NCBI GenBank assembly: GCA_034722055.1
Contig: JAYENL010000289.1
Coordinates: 1-20,289 of the forward strand
Source of the DNA: Armatimonadota bacterium
GTDB taxonomy: Bacteria > Armatimonadota > Zipacnadia > Zipacnadales > UBA5352
Reading direction: 5' to 3'
DNA length: 20,289 nt
The notes beneath the pieces were generated by a model. It did not search any database, was not told where the DNA came from, and saw only the letters and a list, made by a program, of their open reading frames with translations. Below are positions 1 to 8,261 of the stretch, piece after piece; within the stretch, counting starts at the first letter, position 1; every line of letters begins with the position of its first letter. The position numbers were made by a program, and so were the translations under genes.

Positions 1-2
1 AT

Positions 3-1100
3 GTACAGGCCGTCGTCGATCTCGGCGATGAGCTCCGCCTCCGGCCTCTCGCCGGGCTGCACCTGCAGGTTGCTGGGGCCGATGCCGACCGAGGAGGAGT
101 ATCCGCCGCGGGAGGCGTGGCCGGTGGGCTCGACGCCGGCCTTGTAGGCCGTGTAGGAGTTGTGCAGGTAGGTGGTCAGGACGCCGGAGTCGATGAGCGC
201 CCGGGACTGTCGAGCCACGCCCTCGGCGTCATACTCCGACGAGCGCAGGCCGGCCGGCACCAGGGGCTCCTCGCGGACGGTCAGCGCCTCGGAGGCGATC
301 CGCCGGCCCTCCTTTCCGGCCAGCCAGGAGCGGTTGCGCTGCACGCCGTCAGCCTCGGCGGCGCTGATGCACGAGCCGATCAGCGCCATGGTCGCCAGCG
401 GGCCGAGCACGATGGGCAGGCGCTTGGTGGCGAGCGGCCGACTGCCGAGCTGATCCACCGCCGCCCTCGCAGCCGTCTCGGCGACGCCCTCTACCTCCAG
501 GTCGGCCAGCCGCCGGGCCATGTCCTGCTCGAAGTAGATGCCCACGTCGCCGTCGCGGCTGATGATGACGTAGAAGTGGATGCCGGCGGAACTGCCCCGC
601 CGGGTGACTGCCACGCCCGTGGAGCTGACCAGCGCGGAGTCTCCGTAGCCGGCGGAGACGCCGCCCTGGACGATGGCGTCGTCCGCGACCTCCAGGGCCT
701 CCTCGAGGCCCTGGGCGCACCACTGCACGAAGACGTCGGCGCCCAGGCCGGCCAGCTCATCGTCGAACAGCTCCGGGACGGGCTCGGCCTCCATGGGCTG
801 GGGCAGGCGCACGAAGTCCGGATCGGGATGCGCAGCCTTCGCCATGGCCACGGCGCGCTCAGCGCACTCCCGGGCGCTCTGGATGCTGAGCGTCTGCACG
901 CTGGCGAAGCCCTGCCCGCCACTGCAGTAGGCTCGCACGGAGAGGCCCTGGTCGCGGACGGTGGCGCAGTAGTTGATGGAGTTCCTCTCCACCTCCACCG
1001 AGTTCTCGACGGTGTCCGAGCAGTAGGCGTCGCAGTAGTCCGCGCCCTGCCTCTGTGCCGCCTCCACCGCCGCCTGTGCGAGATCAAGCAGCTCGCTCAT
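3..1100 (-). CDS. pmbA: PmbA/TldE family protein (non-catalytic partner of TldD), 3'-truncated by the window edge
   Basis: Not in the ORF track because there is no stop inside the window. Manual translation from ATG at 1100 gives MSELLDLAQAAVEAAQRQGADYCDAYC...AAEADGVQRNRSWLAGKEGRRIASEALTVREEP...YDAEGVARQSRALIDSGVLTTYLHNSYTA...PTGHASRGGYSSSVGIGPSNLQVQPGE...ELIAEIDDGLY. It has the TldD/PmbA D-x-EG and TGHA motifs but no HExxGH at the equivalent position. The start overlaps the tldD stop (TGATG). Confidence 0.9.
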   Translation of the reverse strand, partial: MSELLDLAQAAVEAAQRQGADYCDAYCSDTVENSVEVERNSINYCATVRDQGLSVRAYCSGGQGFASVQTLSIQSARECAERAVAMAKAAHPDPDFVRLPQPMEAEPVPELFDDELAGLGADVFVQWCAQGLEEALEVADDAIVQGGVSAGYGDSALVSSTGVAVTRRGSSAGIHFYVIISRDGDVGIYFEQDMARRLADLEVEGVAETAARAAVDQLGSRPLATKRLPIVLGPLATMALIGSCISAAEADGVQRNRSWLAGKEGRRIASEALTVREEPLVPAGLRSSEYDAEGVARQSRALIDSGVLTTYLHNSYTAYKAGVEPTGHASRGGYSSSVGIGPSNLQVQPGERPEAELIAEIDDGLY

Positions 1101-2512
1101 CACTGTGCCCTCCCGGCCTGCGTCTGGCCCCCAACCACCACATCGCGGATGCGCAGATACGGCCCGCCGGCGTCAACCGGCATCGACTGGCCACCCTTCC
1201 CGCAGGTGCCGCCGAGCTCGAAGCTGACCTCATCGCCCACGGCGTCCACACGCGAGAGCATGGCCATGGTCAGCCCCGCGAAGGAGGCGTTGCGGTAGTG
1301 CTGGCCCAGCTCGCCGCCCTCGATGGCCCAGGCGTTCTCGACGTTGCATGTGAACTGCCCGCGGGCGGTGAAGACGTAGCCCCAGTATCCGCCCTTGAGC
1401 AGCAGCCCGCGCTCGGTGTCGGCGATCATCTCCTCGAGGGTAGCCTCGCCGGCGTCGATGAAGGTGTTGCTCATGCGGACGATGGGCTCGTACTGGTGGC
1501 TCTGGGCCCGGGCGGAGCCGTTGGGCTCCGCGCCGAGCCGTGCCGCGGTCTCCAGGCTGTGCAGGTACCCCAGCAGGACGCCCTCCTGGATGATGTCATG
1601 CCTGCGGGCCGGGACGCCCTCGTGATCGTAGGTGAAGGTCCCGTTGAGGTGCTGGAGTGTGGGGTCGTCGGCGATGCTTACCAGCGGCGAGCAGACCTGC
1701 TGCCCCTCGTGGCCGGCCAGGATGGAGTCCCCGGCCCAGACGGCGTCGGCCTCAGCATTGTGCCCGAAGGCCTCGTGCACCAGGAGCCCGCAGACCCGTG
1801 GGTCGATGATGACATCGAACTGACCGGCGGGCGCCGGCGCGGCGTCGAGCAGCGCCAGGGCCTTGTCCGCCGTCCCTCCGGCCCACTCGTCGATGTCGAT
1901 GCCCTCCACGAGCTCGTAGCCGCCCGGCCGGGCCTTGCTCTCGGTGGCGAACTGCCGCGTCTCGGCGCTCTGGGCGGTGGCTGAGAGGCGCACCGAGCAG
2001 CGCACGGCCTCCCGCTCGATGTAGGTCCCGAAGGTATTGGCGACGATGAGCCGCCCGGCGCTGTCGGAGTAGCTTGCCCTGGTGTTGACGATGCGGTCAT
2101 CGCGCTCGCGGGCAACCTCCTCGATCCCGAAGATGCGCTGGACGCGCTCGGCCAGCGGGACCTCCCGGGGATCAGTCTGCACGTCGAGCGCCACGGTGTC
2201 CTCCACCGGCTCCACCTCGGCCACCATGCCGGGCTCGGTGACGTGGCCCGCCGCGGCCTGGGCCATGGCCAGGGCGTCGTCGAGGCAGCGGCGAAGCTCC
2301 TCGGGCGTCACCAGATTGGTGGGTGCGAAGCCCCAGGCGCCATCGACCAGCACGCGCAAACCGGCGCCGGAGCGTGCCGAGGACGAGATCTTGTCGGCCT
2401 GCCCGTCCTCAACCGCGACGCTGGTGCCCTCGCCCTCGCTGACCCGCAGGTCGGCGAAGTCGGCGCCACGCCGCCGTGCGTCCGAAAGGATCTCCTCTAT
2501 GAGCTCACGCAT
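1100..2512 (-). CDS. tldD: TldD family metalloprotease
   Basis: HEAFGH zinc motif, YDHEG, RMSNT and C-terminal GTCGKGGQ (TldD Cys ligand). Start moved from 2551 to ATG 2512 (MRELIEEIL), which is preceded by a GGGAG Shine-Dalgarno at 2519-2523. Confidence 0.93.
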   Translation of the reverse strand: MRELIEEILSDARRRGADFADLRVSEGEGTSVAVEDGQADKISSSARSGAGLRVLVDGAWGFAPTNLVTPEELRRCLDDALAMAQAAAGHVTEPGMVAEVEPVEDTVALDVQTDPREVPLAERVQRIFGIEEVARERDDRIVNTRASYSDSAGRLIVANTFGTYIEREAVRCSVRLSATAQSAETRQFATESKARPGGYELVEGIDIDEWAGGTADKALALLDAAPAPAGQFDVIIDPRVCGLLVHEAFGHNAEADAVWAGDSILAGHEGQQVCSPLVSIADDPTLQHLNGTFTYDHEGVPARRHDIIQEGVLLGYLHSLETAARLGAEPNGSARAQSHQYEPIVRMSNTFIDAGEATLEEMIADTERGLLLKGGYWGYVFTARGQFTCNVENAWAIEGGELGQHYRNASFAGLTMAMLSRVDAVGDEVSFELGGTCGKGGQSMPVDAGGPYLRIRDVVVGGQTQAGRAQ

Positions 2513-2620
2513 CTGCGTCTCCCATTGTGCGGCGTCCTGACATGTACACAATGAACCGACCCGCAGAAGCTGATGGGGCCGGTCGCTGCCTGTGACGAGT
2601 TGCCCGCGCGGGCCGCGCGG

Positions 2621-3649
2621 TCATCTCCGTAGCCGCTGAGCGGCCTCATATACGCGGTACCACACCGGCGAGTACACCAGGTCCCACTCCCCGATGTATT
2701 CCATGTACTGTCCCGCGAATCCTCTCTTAAAGCGGTTCAGGCCGCCCAGCTCCCCCACCGGCTCCCCATCGACCTCGCGGCTGACGCCCCGGAGGTTATA
2801 CGTGGTGCAGCCGACGCCCTTCGCCCACTGCATCATCTCCCACTGCAGCAGGTGGTTGGGCATGTGCTTGTGGTAGTCGCTATCGGACGCGCCGTAGACG
2901 TAGACCGCCTCGTCGCCCATGCGGAGGAGGATATCCCCGGCGACCATCCGCCCCTCGAACTGGGCCACGAACAGCCTCAGCATCTCCTCCGGCGCCAGCA
3001 GGTCGTACATGCGCTCGAAGTAGCTGTAGTCGCGCACGCGGAACTGGTCGCGCCGCGCCGTGCCCTCCAGCAGCTCGTAGAACCGTGGCAGGTCCTCCCG
3101 GGTGCCCTCTCGGACGCTGACTCCCCGCCGGCCGGCCAGCCGGATGTTGTAGCGCCACTTGCTCTTGAAGCTGGCGAGCAGCTCCTCAGGGTCAGGCGTC
3201 AGGTCGGTCTTCATGACGTATCGGGGCTGGGTTCCACCCAGGTCGGGATCCTCGTCGCCGACGAAGCGGAAGCCCTCCGCCTCCAGCAGCTCGACGACCT
3301 CGCTGCGCTCGGCGGAAACGGGCGGGTCGATCTTGAGCGCAACGGCGCCCCGCTCGCCGGCCAGCGCCCGGATCTCGCCCAGCAGGCTGCGCACCAGCTC
3401 GGCGTCGTCGAAGTCCACGATGGGCCCGCGGGGGGCGTAGAGGAGGCTGCGGCCGACGTGGGGCAGCTCGCGCGCCAGCACCAGGGCTCCCGCGGCGATG
3501 GCGCCACCGTCCTCCACCGCAACCACGTGGGGCGTCCAGCCCGTCGATGACTTGAGCTGCCCCCACTGCCAGGTCTGCATGACCGTGGGATACTGGGCCG
3601 AGCGGACGAAGTCGTTCCACTCGTCGCGGCGGGGCTCGTCGAGCAGCAT
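2621..3649 (-). CDS. FemABX/FemX-family tRNA-dependent aminoacyltransferase for peptidoglycan (lipid II) side chains
   Basis: Motifs MQTWQWGQLK, LLYAPRGP, LKIDP, KWRYNIRLA, YVYGAS, PNHLLQWEMMQWAK and GLNRFKRGF...EYIGEWDL. At 342 aa it is the short FemX-like form. Confidence 0.9.
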   Translation of the reverse strand: MLLDEPRRDEWNDFVRSAQYPTVMQTWQWGQLKSSTGWTPHVVAVEDGGAIAAGALVLARELPHVGRSLLYAPRGPIVDFDDAELVRSLLGEIRALAGERGAVALKIDPPVSAERSEVVELLEAEGFRFVGDEDPDLGGTQPRYVMKTDLTPDPEELLASFKSKWRYNIRLAGRRGVSVREGTREDLPRFYELLEGTARRDQFRVRDYSYFERMYDLLAPEEMLRLFVAQFEGRMVAGDILLRMGDEAVYVYGASDSDYHKHMPNHLLQWEMMQWAKGVGCTTYNLRGVSREVDGEPVGELGGLNRFKRGFAGQYMEYIGEWDLVYSPVWYRVYEAAQRLRR

Positions 3650-3709
3650 GGGGCAGATCAGGCCTCTCGGTCTCGATGGACTCTCTCTGGTCGGGGTGGG
3701 GTTCGGGGC

Positions 3710-5695
3710 TCAGTCGCCCTGGACCTGCACGGCCGGCTTCTCGGCGGGCGCCTGCTCCAGCAGCGCCTGGAGGGCCTCGCGGTTGCCATGGCGGTACTTG
3801 AGCATGGCGGCCTTCATGACCCGCAGCGCCACCGGCGCCGCCGTCTCACTGCCGTGCCCGCCCTCGGTGACCAGCACCGAGCAGGCGAAGCGCGGGTCAT
3901 CGTATGGTCCGTAGCAGACGAACCAGGCGTGCGTCTTCTTGTCGAGGTAGACCTGGGCTGAGCCGGTCTTGCCGGCCAGCGACAGGCCGCTGTCGGCCAG
4001 GGCGTGAGCGGTGCCGTGCCTGCTGACGACCGCCCGGCGCATGCCCTGCTGCACGATCTTCAGATTCGCCGGATCCACCGGTACCTGCCGCACCACCTCG
4101 GCCTTGAAGACCGTGGGGCCACGGTTGAGGTACTCCGGCCACACAGTCTTGCGCACCAGGTGCGGGGAGATGACGGTGCCACCGTTGGCGATGGCGGCGG
4201 TCATCACCGCCATCTGGAGCGGCGTGACTCGCAGGAAGCTCTGGCCGATGGCGAACTGCAGAGTGTCGCCGGTGTACCAGTCCTCGTCGCGGACGTCGGC
4301 CTTCCACTCCCTGTCCGGGACCAGGCCCGGGGCTTCGCTGGGCAACCCGCACCGGGTGGACTCGCCCAGGCCAAAGAGCCGCGCGTACTTGGCGATCGCG
4401 TCCGAGGTGGTGCCCGCCTTGCGCACCAGCTCGTAGAAGTAGACGTCGCAGGACTGGCCGATGGCGCCCCACAGGTTCAGCCGCCCGTGCCCCGAGCGCC
4501 GCCAGCAGCGGAAGGGCTGATGATCGGCGCCCTCGTGGATGATCCCCTCGCATACGAACTCCTGCTGCGGCGAGAGCCCGGTGCTCTCCAGCGCCGCCAG
4601 TGCGGTGATCATCTTGAAGGTCGAGCCCGGCGGGTAGGTGCCTGAGATGGCCTTGTTGTAGAACGGATGGCGCTCATCGCTGGCGAGCCTCTGGTACTCC
4701 TCGTCGGAGAAGCCCTTCACCCAGCGGTTGGGATCGATGCTGGGCTTGGAGGCCATGGCGAGGACCTCGCCGGTGTGCACGTCCATGAGCACCACCGCGC
4801 CCGTGCGGGTGGCGCCCACGGCCTGCGCCAGCGCTCTCTCAGCCACTCTCTGGACGTCAAGGTCGAGCGTCAGGTAGACCCCGGCTCCCTGCTGGGGCAC
4901 GCGCTCCTCGCGAATCAGCCGCAGTGGCTTGTTGAAGACGTCCACCTCATACACGCGCATCCCCCGGCGGCCGTGGAGCACCGGCGTGGGGGGATCGGTA
5001 CTCTCGTCCAGCTCGCACGCCGCCTCGATGCCGCTCTGGCCGAAGAGGGACTGGGGGCCGTAGACGGGATCGTCCTGCCAGGGCTCCACGCCCAGGCCCT
5101 GTGGCTCGCGATCGGTGGGGTACTGCAGGTCGCCCCACTGGCTGTACTGCTCCTCGGATATGGCTCGGGCATAACCGAGGACGTGGCTGGCGAGGTCGCC
5201 GTGGGGATAGGAGCGGCGGAAGCCCTCCTCAACCCCAACGCCTGGCAGCTCCAGGGCCCGTTCCTCCACCTGCGCCACAACCTCCAGCGGCACGTCCACC
5301 GCGAAGTCGCCCAGAGGCGTCGGTTTCACGGACACGTCCTCGCAGATGGTGTCGATGGCCTGGCGGACGTCCGCGGTGGAGACGTCGCGCTCCCGGAGGA
5401 TGCTGGCCAGGCGCTTGATGATCTTGTCGCGGTCAGACTGCTCCTCGGGCAGGTCGGCGGGGGTGATGGTGATGCTCCACTGGGGCCGGTTCTCGGCCAG
5501 TACCCGACCCTCACGATCGTAGATCAGGCCTCTGGGGGCCGGCGTGGAGACCACCGAGGTGCGGTTCGCCAGCGCCTGCCCGGTGTAGTCAACCCACTGG
5601 GTGAGCTGCAGCATCCACAGCCGCCCCGCCAGCAGAGCCAGGAGGGCGCTGATGATGAGGCCAAGCGTCTTCAGGCGCAGGTCGAATCCGGTCAC
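3710..5695 (-). CDS. mrdA: Penicillin-binding protein 2 (class B transpeptidase)
   Basis: N-terminal TM helix; APRGLIYDR, RSYP, G-x-SGIE and LTLDLDVQ pedestal motifs; transpeptidase motifs STFK, SCD (PBP2-type SxD) and KTG. GTG start. Confidence 0.92.
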   Translation of the reverse strand: MTGFDLRLKTLGLIISALLALLAGRLWMLQLTQWVDYTGQALANRTSVVSTPAPRGLIYDREGRVLAENRPQWSITITPADLPEEQSDRDKIIKRLASILRERDVSTADVRQAIDTICEDVSVKPTPLGDFAVDVPLEVVAQVEERALELPGVGVEEGFRRSYPHGDLASHVLGYARAISEEQYSQWGDLQYPTDREPQGLGVEPWQDDPVYGPQSLFGQSGIEAACELDESTDPPTPVLHGRRGMRVYEVDVFNKPLRLIREERVPQQGAGVYLTLDLDVQRVAERALAQAVGATRTGAVVLMDVHTGEVLAMASKPSIDPNRWVKGFSDEEYQRLASDERHPFYNKAISGTYPPGSTFKMITALAALESTGLSPQQEFVCEGIIHEGADHQPFRCWRRSGHGRLNLWGAIGQSCDVYFYELVRKAGTTSDAIAKYARLFGLGESTRCGLPSEAPGLVPDREWKADVRDEDWYTGDTLQFAIGQSFLRVTPLQMAVMTAAIANGGTVISPHLVRKTVWPEYLNRGPTVFKAEVVRQVPVDPANLKIVQQGMRRAVVSRHGTAHALADSGLSLAGKTGSAQVYLDKKTHAWFVCYGPYDDPRFACSVLVTEGGHGSETAAPVALRVMKAAMLKYRHGNREALQALLEQAPAEKPAVQVQGD

Positions 5696-5725
5696 GCTCT
5701 CTCGTCCACCTCTGGAGGTGTTGGA

Positions 5726-8173
5726 TCAGAGGCCCGGCTGCTCGCCGCCGGCGGAGACGGTCCCGGCCGGCTCGGTCGGAGCCGGAGTGGGCCCGGCAGC
5801 AGGCTCCGGGCCGGGCTCAGGCTCGGGCTCGGAGGCCGGTTGGGCCGGGCCGTGCATGCTGCAGGTGCTGGTGGGGGCGCTGCCGGCCCGGTAGGTGCGC
5901 TCCACGGTGTCCGGGCAGTAGGGCCCCGCAAGCTGGCCTGACTCGGTGCAGACGGTCACAGTGACGGTGCGCTCGCTGGCTGGCTCCGGCTCCGGACGCA
6001 CCTCCTCCGGCTGCTCAGGGCCTGGCGGCGCCTCCTGCCGTGCGGGCTGGAGCGATGCGCTGCGCGGGGGCCGATGGATGGTGCAGCGCGGCGGCGGGCT
6101 CTCACCGGGCATGAGCGTGCGCTCTACGGTATCAGGGCAGTAAGGGGTGGCGAGGCCGCCGGAGACGGCGCACACGGTAATGCGCGTGGCCACCTGCGGC
6201 GCCTCCTCCAGGTCCTCCTCCTCTTCGTCCTCCTCCTCTTCCTCATCCTCGCGGGAGGCGGTGACCCCGGTCCCCTCCGGGTACTCCCCATCGCAGCCGA
6301 GGATCTCGACGGCCTGCTTGATGAACGTCCGCCAGACGGGGGCAGCGAAGAAGCTGCCGGAGGCGCGACGCATGGGCTTGTTGTTGTCGTTGCCCACCCA
6401 CACGGCGCAGGACAGGTCCGGTGTGAACCCCACCCACCAGGCGTCGTGATGGTCCTGCGTGGTGCCGGTCTTGCCGGCGCAGGCGATGCCGGGGATTCTG
6501 GCCCGGGTGCCCGTGCCGTTGGTGACGACGTAGCGGAGGCACTCGATCATGCTTATGGCGACAGGCTTAGGCAGCACCCGCACCAGCTCCGGGCGGCGCT
6601 GTTCGATGATCTCCCCGGTGTAGTCCGTGATGGTGTGGTAGAGGCCCATGGTGGGTCGCCAGCCCCCGGAGGCAAAGCACGTATAGCCCAGCGCGTGCTC
6701 CAGCGGCGAGATCTCGGACACGCCCAGCGCCAGGGACGGATATGGGGCCAGCCGGCTCTGGGGGATGTTGAGCATCCGAGCGGCGTACCGGACGGTCTTT
6801 CGGATCCCGACCGCGCGGATCAGCCGCACCGCAACCAGGTTCACCGACTGCCCCAGCGCGCGCTTGAGCGTATAGTTCCCGCCCTGGCTGGACGAGTAGT
6901 TCACCGGGGTCCAGGTGCCGATGCGGATGGGATCGCCGCTGAAGACCGAGCGGGGGCTGTAGCCCGAGCTGAACGCTGTGGCGAACAGATAGGGCTTGAA
7001 GGACGAGCCCGGCTGCCGCCCGTACTGCGGCGGGCCGGGATGGGCGCGGTTGAACTGCACCTGCTCCCATTCGCCCACGCCGCCGACCATGGCCAGCACA
7101 TCGCCGGTGTGGACGTTGACACAGGCCAGCGCGCCCTGACCCACTGGAGCGGGATAGATCCTGCCCTGCTTGCGGAGGCTCTCGATCTGCTCGGTCAGCT
7201 CCCTCTCCGCCACCTCCTGCAGGCGCATATCCAGCGTGGTGTAGACCCGCAGGCCGCCCTTGTAGACGACATCGTCGCCGTAGCGCGGGTCCTCGCAGAG
7301 GGTCCGGATCACGAGGTTGGTGAAATGGTGGGCCCGCAGCACCGCCACGCCCTGCTCCTCCAGCGGCGCCAGCCGGCTCTGGATCTGCTCCCTGTCGGCC
7401 TCCAGCATCTCTTCGGAGGTGATATAGCCCATCTCGGCCATCTTCTGCAGCACAAGGCGGCGGCGCTGTCTGGCCCGCTCGGGGCTCACGTGCGGGGAGT
7501 AGTAGCTGGGACGCCGGGGCAGGGCCGCCAGCAGCGCTGCCTCGCCCAGCGTCAGCTTGGAGACGTCCGTGCCGAAGTACGTCTTCGCCGCCGACTGCAC
7601 GCCGTAGGCACCGTGGCCGTAGTAGACCTCGTTGAGATACATCTCCAGGATCTCGGCCTTGGAGAACTTGCTCTCGAACTGCAGGGCGAGCATGATCTCC
7701 TTGAGCTTGCGGTCGATGGTTCGCTCCTGGGTGAGCCACACGTTCTTGACGAGCTGCTGGGTGATAGTGCTGCCGCCCTGTCTGATGCGCCCGCTCTGGA
7801 AGTTCTCGACGGCCGCCCGCACGATGCCCTTGGGGTCGATGCCGCGGTGCTGGAAGAAGCGCTCATCCTCGATGGCTACAGTCGCCTGCCGCAGGTGCAT
7901 CGGGATGTGCGACAGCTCAACGGGCGTGCGGTCCTCCTTGGCGATGCGTGCCAGCAGCGTGTGCCCCACGACGGTCCCGTCCCAGTTGCGCTCGGTGGAG
8001 TATATCTCCGTGGTCCCCAGGGGGTGATACTGCGTCAGGTCGGCGTCCTGGGGCAGTGCCGCCTTCACGGACTGGAAGCCGCCGTACAGGAAGCCGGCCA
8101 CGCCGAAGGTCACCATCACCAGGAGGGCGTTGACGATGCGGAAGAATTGAAGAACCCTGTTGGGTCTATTCAT
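5726..8173 (-). CDS. Class A bifunctional penicillin-binding protein (PBP1A family) with an acidic/Pro-rich C-terminal tail and two Cys/His repeats
   Basis: Transglycosylase motifs EDERFFQHRGID, GGSTITQQLVKN, RKLKE and EILEMYLN; transpeptidase motifs SSFK, SVN and KTG; N-terminal TM helix. Confidence 0.95.
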   Translation of the reverse strand: MNRPNRVLQFFRIVNALLVMVTFGVAGFLYGGFQSVKAALPQDADLTQYHPLGTTEIYSTERNWDGTVVGHTLLARIAKEDRTPVELSHIPMHLRQATVAIEDERFFQHRGIDPKGIVRAAVENFQSGRIRQGGSTITQQLVKNVWLTQERTIDRKLKEIMLALQFESKFSKAEILEMYLNEVYYGHGAYGVQSAAKTYFGTDVSKLTLGEAALLAALPRRPSYYSPHVSPERARQRRRLVLQKMAEMGYITSEEMLEADREQIQSRLAPLEEQGVAVLRAHHFTNLVIRTLCEDPRYGDDVVYKGGLRVYTTLDMRLQEVAERELTEQIESLRKQGRIYPAPVGQGALACVNVHTGDVLAMVGGVGEWEQVQFNRAHPGPPQYGRQPGSSFKPYLFATAFSSGYSPRSVFSGDPIRIGTWTPVNYSSSQGGNYTLKRALGQSVNLVAVRLIRAVGIRKTVRYAARMLNIPQSRLAPYPSLALGVSEISPLEHALGYTCFASGGWRPTMGLYHTITDYTGEIIEQRRPELVRVLPKPVAISMIECLRYVVTNGTGTRARIPGIACAGKTGTTQDHHDAWWVGFTPDLSCAVWVGNDNNKPMRRASGSFFAAPVWRTFIKQAVEILGCDGEYPEGTGVTASREDEEEEEDEEEEDLEEAPQVATRITVCAVSGGLATPYCPDTVERTLMPGESPPPRCTIHRPPRSASLQPARQEAPPGPEQPEEVRPEPEPASERTVTVTVCTESGQLAGPYCPDTVERTYRAGSAPTSTCSMHGPAQPASEPEPEPGPEPAAGPTPAPTEPAGTVSAGGEQPGL
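5852..6181 (-). repeat. Two 36-aa intragenic repeats (C-x10-C-x17-C-x2-H) in the aPBP tail
   Basis: 6074-6181 encodes ITVCAVSGGLATPYCPDTVERTLMPGESPPPRCTIH and 5852-5959 encodes VTVCTESGQLAGPYCPDTVERTYRAGSAPTSTCSMH. Confidence 0.9.
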
Positions 8174-8186
8174 AGTGACGCTCTGT

Positions 8187-8214
8187 AAGCTACAAGTCGC
8201 AAGTCACAGCTCAC
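8187..8214. repeat. Degenerate heptamer tandem repeat upstream of the aPBP start
   Basis: AAGCTAC AAGTCGC AAGTCAC AGCTCAC on the + strand. Confidence 0.45.
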
Positions 8215-8261
8215 CGGCCCATCGCGCGTACAGACGCAGCCGTAGGGCTGACTGTTCCCTC

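Noticed and set aside
6074..8188. Long antisense or alternative-frame ORFs (704 aa here; also 117-1298, 4667-5941, 14232-15935, 16887-18101, 18316-19605 and others)
   Set aside because: They are shadows of well-supported genes. High GC and codon bias deplete stop codons, and the products are Arg/Gly/Ala-rich with no recognisable motifs.
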